From positions 4,861-68,860 of the forward strand of contig JBAZUF010000004.1 of NCBI GenBank assembly GCA_041661505.1: a stretch of DNA of 64,000 nucleotides, read 5' to 3'. This document shows, one piece after another, positions 1 to 6,869 of this stretch. The DNA is from Patescibacteria group bacterium. GTDB taxonomy: Bacteria > Patescibacteriota > Patescibacteriia > Patescibacteriales > JBAZCA01. Under the pieces are notes generated by a model. That model saw only the letters and a program-made list of their open reading frames with translations. It had not been told where the DNA came from and searched no databases. The position numbers were made by a program, and so were the translations under genes. Each line of letters begins with the position of its first letter. The first letter of the stretch is position 1.

Positions 1-323
1 GAAAAGCTCTTTTACAAGGAATATCACAAAATACCGCGCAAAAAACAAATAGTGCGCCGCGAAAGGGAAATGACAGGCTGTCTTGCTATGGCAAATGATC
101 ATTCTTCTTTTGCGGTACACTAACTTCATGGCTGCCGGGCGGCTCAAAAGCCTTGCACATGTCCGGTAATTTAATACTACAAAAGAGAGGGTGGTTAAGC
201 TATGAAGGAAGTTGTTTCCGCGGCGGTAATTTTGGGGAAAAATATTGTTTTTTAACCTTCTGCCCCTGCGGCGGCCCTTAAATCAATTTGGGCCGGGGCA
301 AAAAACTAAATGGAGGACACACC

Positions 324-476
324 ATGAGCGATGGAACCACAACGACGCAGTTGGACACAAACACGAAGGGTGTCGAGATAGAAACACCCGACGGAACCGT
401 TATCTGGAGGGGGGTAGGATTGCCCCCTAGCCTAATGTATCCCTTACCACAGGTATTTGTGTCCTACGCGCCGTAA
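324..476 (+). CDS. small hypothetical protein, 50 aa (MSDGTTTTQLDTNTKG...)
   Basis: Internal ATG of ORF 288..476 with GGAGGA 7 nt upstream. A hairpin follows at 501-518. No family recognised. Confidence 0.35.
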   Translation: MSDGTTTTQLDTNTKGVEIETPDGTVIWRGVGLPPSLMYPLPQVFVSYAP

Positions 477-500
477 AGTCCCTCCTTGGGTCCTAAAGGA

Positions 501-524
501 ACGGCAGCGCTCTGCCGTATTTCT
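501..524 (+). terminator. hairpin acggcag/ctgccgt with a weak T tract
   Basis: 7-bp perfect stem read by eye, followed by atttct. It is nested inside a second stem, gggtcct(488-494)/aggaccc(533-539). Confidence 0.4.
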
Positions 525-657
525 ATCCTGTAAGGACCCTGCCGCGTAAACCGAGAGGCTTCGAGAGTTTTCCTGGACAGCGAAATGTGCGCGCTATCCG
601 GTTGAAAATTCTCGAACCTCTCTTCCTTCCTTTTTAATTGGTGAAAAGAGCGTTTAT

Positions 658-686
658 TTGACAGCTTTTTTCGGAAAATGTATAGT
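658..686 (+). promoter_or_regulatory. sigma70-like promoter TTGACA-17-TATAGT
   Basis: Exact -35 hexamer at 658-663, a 17-nt spacer, and TATAGT at 681-686. The ATG of the next gene is at 713. Confidence 0.55.
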
Positions 687-712
687 TAGAGAATAAGAAA
701 AAATATTTATAT

Positions 713-1141
713 ATGGAGGGAAATTTAAACCAGGACAATCTAAATAATGAAAAAGAACCGACCATGAAAGATCTTATGGCGGCGATCGACGGTGTGAGGG
801 ATGATTTGACCGGAAAGATTGACGGTGTGAGGGATGATTTGACCGGAAAGATTGACGGTGTGAGGGATGATTTGAAGGGAGAGATAAACGGCGTTCGGGA
901 TGAGTTGGGAAAGAAAATTGACAGCGCCAATGAAGCGGTCAATGAATTAGTCGAGGTTGTTAACGCTTACGCGACCGATGTTGATAAAAAATTTGAAAAT
1001 ATAGACTCGCGGCTCAAAGGATTAAGCCAGGGTCAGGAAAATCTTGAATTAAAAATGATGAATGTCGCCTATCAACTCGACGTAAATGATCTGCAAAAAC
1101 GGGTAACTAAATTAGAAGATAAGATCGGAATTGAGCGTTAA
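713..1141 (+). CDS. coiled-coil protein with an 11-aa tandem repeat (DGVRDDLTGKI x4); paralog of 38747..39169
   Basis: 142-aa ORF. Its N-terminus (EKEPTMKDLMAAIDGV) and a later block (VNAYATDVDKKFENIDSRL) align with the 38747 protein. Confidence 0.7.
   Translation: MEGNLNQDNLNNEKEPTMKDLMAAIDGVRDDLTGKIDGVRDDLTGKIDGVRDDLKGEINGVRDELGKKIDSANEAVNELVEVVNAYATDVDKKFENIDSRLKGLSQGQENLELKMMNVAYQLDVNDLQKRVTKLEDKIGIER
788..919 (+). repeat. 33-bp in-frame tandem repeat, 4 units (2 identical, 2 diverged)
   Basis: gacggtgtgagggatgatttgaccggaaagatt occurs at 788-820 and again at 821-853, followed by two progressively diverged units. Confidence 0.9.
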
Positions 1142-1145
1142 AAGT

Positions 1146-1217
1146 ATGAAGATAAAATCGCTAAAACTTAATTTGCTATTGTTATTGCCTTTAAAACGGG
1201 CGGCGATTTTGTGTTGA
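1146..1217 (+). CDS. leucine-rich leader peptide MKIKSLKLNLLLLLPLKRAAILC
   Basis: 23 codons, 9 of them Leu including 5 consecutive. It lies directly upstream of leuA and overlaps one arm of alternative hairpins. Confidence 0.7.
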   Translation: MKIKSLKLNLLLLLPLKRAAILC

Positions 1218-1272
1218 CATAAAATGTTAGACGGAAAGATACGCAAAGCCGCCCGAAAAGGTGGACTTTTTT
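1197..1272 (+). promoter_or_regulatory. leu attenuator: antiterminator 1197-1204:1248-1255 versus terminator 1245-1272
   Basis: CGGGCGGC is the perfect complement of GCCGCCCG. The latter overlaps the hairpin aaagccgcc/ggtgg(a)cttt, which runs into T6. Confidence 0.6.
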
Positions 1273-1338
1273 ATATTTTATAGGTAAATTAAATACACAG
1301 CCTGCCGTGAATATAAACGGGCCGGGCCAGCAAAAAAT

Positions 1339-2946
1339 ATGGCTAAAGAAAAATACATCCAATTAAACGACGTCTGCCTTCGGGAATCGGCGCAGGTTTC
1401 CGGCGGCGCTATGAGCCCCAAGGATCAGCTTACTTATGTAAGATACCTTTTGGAAGGCGGAATCGACCGGATCGAAATCGGCTTTCCGGGCAGTTCTCCA
1501 GTGCAGTTAGAAAATTCAAAAAGGATCGTCGGTTTCGTAGACAAGAACGCGAAGGTTAAGCGGCCGCTTTTAGGCGGACTCGCGCGGGCGAAAAAAGAAG
1601 ACATTGACGCGATCCGCGAAGCCGGATGCGATTTATGCCATATCTATATTCCTTCTTCGGACGAATTCGTCAAAGCTATGTTTGCCGCGGAAAAATACGG
1701 AGATACGGTGGAGGGCAAGCAAAAGTGGACGATTGACCAGGCGGTAAGCATGGTGCGTTATGCGAAGAGTCTGGGATTTAAAAGCGTTGAATACTCGCCG
1801 GAAGACGCGGCCCGCACCAGCCGGGAATTTCTCTATAAGATGGTGGAGGCGGTAATTTCCGCCGGGGCGGACGTAGTTAATATTCCGGATACGACCGGAC
1901 TGCGCATCGGAAGCGAGTTCGGAGATTTAATCGCGGATATTGAAAAAAACGTGCCTAACCGGAAAAAAGCATTAATCTCGGTCCATTGCCATAACGATTC
2001 GGATCACTCAACCCATAACGCGCTAGAGGCGATTAGAAACGGAGCCGATATTGTCGAAGGGACTTTTTTCGGTCTGGGCGAGCGATCGGGGATGACCAAG
2101 TTTGAGGCGGTTTTAATGAATGTAAACACGCGCCAAGATCTGTTTAGCGGTTTTAAAATAGATTTTAAGCCGGAGCTTTGTGTTAAAATCGTAAACTTTA
2201 CCGCTAACGCCCTGGGCATGTCAGTCCCCAGGCATTGGGTTGTGGCCGGCTCGCAAAATTCTATTTGCTCATCCGGCACCCATCAGGCGATTGAAGCCCG
2301 GGCCAAAGAGCGGGGGATGGAAAGCGCTTATTACAGCTGGCATCCGGAAATTTACGGCCATTCTAAAGTTACCACGGTAATCAACCAGTCATCTGGACGG
2401 GAGGGCCTCCGAAAAAGGCTTGAGGAACTGGGCTATATGCTTGGCTCTGAGGAGATGCAGAAAGTTTACGAGCAGTCGATTAAAATCTCCGAAGCTATGG
2501 CCGGAAAGCCTTTAGAAGACCGGGAACTGGCGGCTATCGTGCATGAAACAATTGACGTTATTCCTTTCCCGATAAAAGTAAAAAGATGCCAGGCCATGGG
2601 CGGAAAAGGAACTATCCCGACCGCTACTGTTGTTATTGAGGTAGAGGGTAAAGAAGGAATCGCGGCCGAAATCGGCGTCGGACCTTATGACGCTATCATG
2701 CATTCCGTCGTCCGGGCGGCGGAAAATTTTTATCCTAAATTAAAAGAAGTGAATATTGTTTTGGACGCCTGGAATCCGACTTCGGTAACTTCCGGGTCGG
2801 ACGCTTTAGCCGATGTTTACGCGCGGATACGGATTAATGATGATATAAACCACGCCTTTTCCGGCCGGGCCGTCCATATCGATACCAACCAGGCTTCGGC
2901 CCAGGCTTTTGCCAACTGTTTAAGCTGGTATTTGGCCTCGCTTTAA
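1339..2946 (+). CDS. leuA: 2-isopropylmalate synthase
   Basis: DRE-TIM metallolyase motifs (HCHNDSDHSTHNAL, GLGERSG) plus a C-terminal LeuA-type regulatory domain (GVGPYDAIMHSV). leuCD and leuB follow. Confidence 0.9.
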   Translation: MAKEKYIQLNDVCLRESAQVSGGAMSPKDQLTYVRYLLEGGIDRIEIGFPGSSPVQLENSKRIVGFVDKNAKVKRPLLGGLARAKKEDIDAIREAGCDLCHIYIPSSDEFVKAMFAAEKYGDTVEGKQKWTIDQAVSMVRYAKSLGFKSVEYSPEDAARTSREFLYKMVEAVISAGADVVNIPDTTGLRIGSEFGDLIADIEKNVPNRKKALISVHCHNDSDHSTHNALEAIRNGADIVEGTFFGLGERSGMTKFEAVLMNVNTRQDLFSGFKIDFKPELCVKIVNFTANALGMSVPRHWVVAGSQNSICSSGTHQAIEARAKERGMESAYYSWHPEIYGHSKVTTVINQSSGREGLRKRLEELGYMLGSEEMQKVYEQSIKISEAMAGKPLEDRELAAIVHETIDVIPFPIKVKRCQAMGGKGTIPTATVVIEVEGKEGIAAEIGVGPYDAIMHSVVRAAENFYPKLKEVNIVLDAWNPTSVTSGSDALADVYARIRINDDINHAFSGRAVHIDTNQASAQAFANCLSWYLASL

Positions 2947-2964
2947 TATATCAAGTTTTAAAAT

Positions 2965-4899
2965 ATGCCGAAGACGGCTTTCCAAAAAATAATTGACGCT
3001 CACGTTAAGAAATTTTTTCCTGACCAAAGGATGGTTTTAGATTTGGATTGGGTATGGGGGCATGAAATTACAACGCCGAACGCCATTTTGGATATGAAAT
3101 CCCGGGGGATAAATTCGGTTTTTAACCCTAACCGGATAAAGCTGATGATTGACCATGTCAATCCGCCAAAAGATACGGCGTCGGCGATTCAGTCAAAAAT
3201 TGTCCGGGACTGGGCGCGGGAAATGGATATTGAATTTTTAGAAGTCGGCCGCAACGGCATTTGCCACGCGGTCATTCCGGAAAAGGGCTGGATCCGGCCG
3301 GGACAAATCGGCATCATGGGCGATTCGCATACCTGCACGCACGGGGCTTTTGGCGCGTTTACCGCCGGCGTCGGGACAACCGACCTGGAGAACGCGCTAA
3401 TTACTGGGCTTTGGATTTGCCCGCCGCAAAAAGTAGTTCGCGTAAATTTTAACGGCGAGCTGGCGAAAAATGTTTTTGCCAAAGATTTGATTTTGGTTTT
3501 GATAAAAAAAATCGGGGTCAAAGGCGCGGCTAACGCGGTACTGGAATTCGGCGGAACTGCCGTGAAAAATATGAGCATGGAAGGGCGGATGACAATCGCC
3601 AACATGGCAATTGAAGCCGGTGCTAGCTCGGGCATGATGATGACGGATGAAAAAACCATCGAATACCTTTGGCCGACTTTGAAGGATGAATTTAAAAATA
3701 GAAAAGAAGCTCTGGCTGATCTGTCAAAATGGAATAGTGACGCGGATGCGAAATATGATCAGGTAATTGATATGGATGCCAGTAAACTGGCGCCGGTAAT
3801 AACTGATAATTTTTCCCCGGAAGACGTCCATTCGGTTAAAGAATTGGCTGGCAAAAAAATTGACCAAGTCTATATCGGCTCCTGCACCAACGGAAGGATT
3901 TCCGATTTAAGGATTGCCGCCGGCGTGTTTAAAGCTATGGGAAAACCGGTACATAAAAATATCCGGTGCATCATCGTGCCGGCTACGGCGCATATTTACG
4001 GCCAGGCTTTGCGCGAAGGGTTAATCGAAATATTTTTACAAGCCGGCTGTTTAATAAGCGCTCCGACTTGCGGCGCTTGCCTGGGGATGTCAAATGGAGT
4101 AATCGCGCCGGGCGAAGTATGCGTTTCAACAACCAACCGCAATTTTCCCGGACGGATGGGAAAGGGCGGGATGGTCCATCTGGCTTCGCCAATAACCGCG
4201 GCTTTAGCGGCAGTGGATGGAAAAATTACCGAGCTGGGTATTGAACTTGGAGAAAAAGTTGAAAAATTTGTTTCTTCCATAATTAAAGACGGGACGCCTA
4301 TGTCTTTAACCGGCTGGAAAGAAAAAAAGGCCGGGCCAGTTGATTATAAAGCCATGCTGAAAAACATAGGCAATGGGGAAGAAAAAGATTTTTCCGGGCC
4401 AGCCGGCTATGCGCCGATAAAAAATATTGATACCGACCAAATTATACCGGCGCGATATTTAACCGAAACCGATAAAGCTGAACTGGGAAGGCATTGCCTG
4501 GAAGACGCTCAATTCAGCGCCGAAGAGAGAAAAATAATTTTAGAATCGCAAATTTTAGTAGCCGATGAAAATTTCGGCTGCGGTTCAAGCCGCGAGCACG
4601 CCCCTTGGGCCTTGGAAGCTAACGGCATAAGATGCGTTATTGCTCCGTCTTTCGCCCGGATTTTTTATAACAACATGTTTAATAATGGATTGCTCTGCAT
4701 TGAACTCCAGCCGGAAGAAATAAGTGAATTGATGGAGGTAAAGCCTAATAGCCTGGAAATTGACTGGAAGAATGGCGTTGCCAAAACGGAAAAAGGGAAG
4801 CAATACAAATTCAGCCTGTCTGATTATCAAAAAGAATTAATTAAAAATGGCGGCAGTGCCGGCTATATGCTAAAGCTGGCCGCGGATATTAATATTTAA
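2965..4899 (+). CDS. leuCD: 3-isopropylmalate dehydratase, fused large and small subunits
   Basis: 644 aa. The N-terminal aconitase-type LeuC part has GDSHTCTHGAFG and GSCTNGRISD. The C-terminal LeuD swivel part has IDTDQIIPARYL and GCGSSREHAPWAL. Confidence 0.9.
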   Translation: MPKTAFQKIIDAHVKKFFPDQRMVLDLDWVWGHEITTPNAILDMKSRGINSVFNPNRIKLMIDHVNPPKDTASAIQSKIVRDWAREMDIEFLEVGRNGICHAVIPEKGWIRPGQIGIMGDSHTCTHGAFGAFTAGVGTTDLENALITGLWICPPQKVVRVNFNGELAKNVFAKDLILVLIKKIGVKGAANAVLEFGGTAVKNMSMEGRMTIANMAIEAGASSGMMMTDEKTIEYLWPTLKDEFKNRKEALADLSKWNSDADAKYDQVIDMDASKLAPVITDNFSPEDVHSVKELAGKKIDQVYIGSCTNGRISDLRIAAGVFKAMGKPVHKNIRCIIVPATAHIYGQALREGLIEIFLQAGCLISAPTCGACLGMSNGVIAPGEVCVSTTNRNFPGRMGKGGMVHLASPITAALAAVDGKITELGIELGEKVEKFVSSIIKDGTPMSLTGWKEKKAGPVDYKAMLKNIGNGEEKDFSGPAGYAPIKNIDTDQIIPARYLTETDKAELGRHCLEDAQFSAEERKIILESQILVADENFGCGSSREHAPWALEANGIRCVIAPSFARIFYNNMFNNGLLCIELQPEEISELMEVKPNSLEIDWKNGVAKTEKGKQYKFSLSDYQKELIKNGGSAGYMLKLAADINI

Positions 4900-4900
4900 T

Positions 4901-6058
4901 ATGGCTAAAAAAATAATCGCATTAGTCGAAGGCGACGGGGCTGGCCCGGAAATGATGCATGAAGCCTGCCGGATAGCGGTTGCCGCCGCCAAAATGGACG
5001 GGATAGAAATTGAATTCGAAAAAACCCCGATGGGCTGGAATGCTTATCATGAACATGGCGATACCTTGCCCGAAGAATCCTTTGAAAAAGCGGTTCGCAT
5101 CGGAACTATTTTTTTCGGCGGCGTCGGCGATCCGAAGTTTGATAAAACCATAGGAATGGAAAAACCGGAAATGAGGCCGGAAGCCCGGGCGCTTTTGGCT
5201 TTAAGGAAAGAAATGGGTCTGTTTTTAAATTTTCGGCCGATTATTTATTATAAATCGCTTGAAGCGCTCGCTAACGTAAAACCGGAAACTATTCCCGAAG
5301 AAGGAGTAAAACAAATCTGGATCCGTTATTTATTGGAAGACAGCTATTTTGGCAATGCCGATTTAATGGACGAGGTGCCGGAAAAGGTGCGGCAGAAAAT
5401 CGGGCTAAAGATGAAAAAAGATGTTTGCCTGGAGGATGAGATAGTCTGCGACCTGGCTTATTATAAAAAATCCACGCTGGAAAAATATATCCGCGCCTGC
5501 TTTGCCTCTGCCCGCGAAATGAAACTGCCCTTAATTTCGATAGACAAGGCCAATGTCATGGCCCGCTATGATTTTTGGCGGAAAATCGCGACGAAAATCG
5601 GCGCCGAAGAATTCCCGGACGTGGAGCTTATCCATCAACTGGTCGACTCGGCCAATTCCATGCTTTTTACGCCGGCCAAATTGCATGGAGTTATCGCCTG
5701 CGGGAACGAGCATGGCGATATCTTATCGGACGGCGCGGCCGCGGCTTTGGGCAGTATGGGGCTCATGTGTTCTTCGGCAGTTAATCCTGATACGGGCCAG
5801 GCAATGTTCGAGTCCGGGGCCGGAACCGCTCCGACTTTAGCCGGCCAGGATAAGGCAAATCCTTTAGGCCGGATTTTAACCGGAGCGTTGATGCTTCGGC
5901 ACATTGGAGCAAAAAAAGGCGCAACTGCCATCGAAGAAGCTGTTAACCGCGCATTGTCAGAAGGCTGGCGCACCGGCGATTTGTTTACAAAAAAAGATGA
6001 CCCGGCCAAACTTTTAGGTACGCAAGCGATGGGGAAAAAAGTTTTGTCATATTTATAG
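4901..6058 (+). CDS. leuB: 3-isopropylmalate dehydrogenase
   Basis: Isocitrate/isopropylmalate dehydrogenase family (GDGAGPEMM, NEHGDILSDGAAA). Operon context supports the call. Confidence 0.9.
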   Translation: MAKKIIALVEGDGAGPEMMHEACRIAVAAAKMDGIEIEFEKTPMGWNAYHEHGDTLPEESFEKAVRIGTIFFGGVGDPKFDKTIGMEKPEMRPEARALLALRKEMGLFLNFRPIIYYKSLEALANVKPETIPEEGVKQIWIRYLLEDSYFGNADLMDEVPEKVRQKIGLKMKKDVCLEDEIVCDLAYYKKSTLEKYIRACFASAREMKLPLISIDKANVMARYDFWRKIATKIGAEEFPDVELIHQLVDSANSMLFTPAKLHGVIACGNEHGDILSDGAAAALGSMGLMCSSAVNPDTGQAMFESGAGTAPTLAGQDKANPLGRILTGALMLRHIGAKKGATAIEEAVNRALSEGWRTGDLFTKKDDPAKLLGTQAMGKKVLSYL

Positions 6059-6102
6059 ATCGTAACGCCTGGCGGAAGATGTCCTTTTTAGCCGGCAAGG
6101 CC

Positions 6103-6131
6103 TTGACAGCGGTAAAGGAATAAAATATAAT
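6103..6131 (+). promoter_or_regulatory. consensus promoter TTGACA-17-TATAAT
   Basis: Both hexamers are perfect with a 17-nt spacer. The predicted start is about 6138 and the mini-ORF ATG is at 6140. Confidence 0.7.
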
Positions 6132-6139
6132 ATTTATAT

Positions 6140-6238
6140 ATGCTTAACCTGGCAAGAAAAATCGTATTGATTGTCGTAGAGGTAGTAGTCATGGTAATGA
6201 CTCCTTTTCGCGTTTGCCGGGTTAGAGTAAGAGCATAA
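6140..6238 (+). CDS. Val/Ile/Leu-rich leader peptide MLNLARKIVLIVVEVVVMVMTPFRVCRVRVRA
   Basis: 32 codons with 10 Val, 2 Ile and 3 Leu, including the run IVLIVVEVVVMV. The mRNA is nearly leaderless, and the 3' part of the ORF forms an antiterminator arm. Confidence 0.7.
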   Translation: MLNLARKIVLIVVEVVVMVMTPFRVCRVRVRA

Positions 6239-6287
6239 AAAGAAAAAAAGCTAAGATGAACCCCCGGCAAACAAGCCGGGTTTTTTT
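6212..6287 (+). terminator. attenuator: antiterminator 6212-6221:6263-6272; terminator cccggc-aaacaa-gccggg plus T7
   Basis: gtttgccggg is the exact reverse complement of cccggcaaac. The terminator stem is 6263-6268/6275-6280, followed by ttttttt at 6281-6287. Confidence 0.7.
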
Positions 6288-6670
6288 GTAAGATGTTCTT
6301 TTGTAGACGGGTGGGCTAATTATGATAACGCGCCTGAAATGGCAAGCGAGCTAATCGTTTTTCGCTTCGGGCGCGTTAAGTAATTGTTTCCTTCGCGGCA
6401 GTCCTGGCGTGCGGCAAGCGACAAAATCGCTTCCAGCAGACGGCGACAGAATCGCCTCTCAATTTTAGCACATAGGGCAAAAACCCGAACAGGCATTTTC
6501 CTGCCAGGCTCTTTCCCGCAAGGCTTTTTTACAAGAGCTAACGCACCCGTAACAATATGGTGTTTCCAAAAGTTTGGAAGCATCCGGGGGGTCTATAGAT
6601 TGCAGATTGATTTATAGATCCCCCTCCTTCCTTTTTCATAATTTAATTAAATATTTAGCCAATTTTAGTC

Positions 6671-6699
6671 TTGACATATGGGCCAAAAAGCACTACTAT
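6671..6699 (+). promoter_or_regulatory. promoter TTGACA-17-TACTAT
   Basis: Perfect -35 hexamer, 17-nt spacer, and a 4/6 match at -10. The predicted start coincides with the ATG at 6706. Confidence 0.5.
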
Positions 6700-6705
6700 T
6701 ATCAT

Positions 6706-6759
6706 ATGATAACCAGACCGCAAAATATTTTATTGGTAAACTTGATTCTACCCACCTAG
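6706..6759 (+). CDS. second branched-chain leader peptide MITRPQNILLVNLILPT
   Basis: 17 codons, 8 of them Ile/Leu/Val. The spacing from the promoter implies a leaderless mRNA. It lies 110 nt upstream of the first ilv-cluster gene. Confidence 0.45.
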   Translation: MITRPQNILLVNLILPT

Positions 6760-6795
6760 ATGGCGGTTTTCCAGCATGGATAAAAGATAAAAACT

Positions 6796-6819
6796 GCCAC
6801 ACTAAAAGGTGGCTTTTTT
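6796..6819 (+). terminator. weak hairpin gccac/gtggc followed by T6
   Basis: 5-bp stem, 8-nt loop, and tttttt at 6814-6819. The upstream cccacc (6751-6756, the end of the mini-ORF) can pair with ggtgg (6808-6812). Confidence 0.4.
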
Positions 6820-6869
6820 AATATAGCGGGCCGTTTAAAAAGCCCGGGGAGAGAAAAAAACATAAAGAT

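Noticed and set aside
1-123. Open frame running off the window start, ending ...MANDHSSFAVH* at 121-123.
   Set aside because: Only 40 codons are visible and no family is recognisable, so a gene call cannot be supported.
202-255. Mini-ORF MKEVVSAAVILGKNIVF as a further Val/Ile/Ala leader peptide.
   Set aside because: The only promoter match is poor (TTGCAC-16-TACTAC). The downstream hairpin tgcccc...ggggca is followed by A residues rather than U residues, and no biosynthetic gene follows.
1213-1241. TTGACA at 1213-1218 as a promoter inside the leu attenuator.
   Set aside because: There is no acceptable -10 hexamer at 16-18 nt spacing; the sequence there is agatac or gatacg.
3189-3659. Long antisense or alternative-frame ORFs inside well-supported genes. 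Examples: 3189..3659 -, 5635..6009 -, 7140..7553 -, 18833..19417 +, 26305..26979 +, 27588..28124 +, 52800..53262 -, 58700..59215 +.
   Set aside because: They overlap genes with clear family motifs and have low-complexity or odd compositions with no start signals. They are typical shadow ORFs.
6320-6617. ORFs 6320..6583 (-) and 6384..6617 (+) in the spacer between the two ilv attenuators.
   Set aside because: No RBS or promoter geometry, no recognisable family, and mutually overlapping frames. The region is treated as non-coding or unknown.
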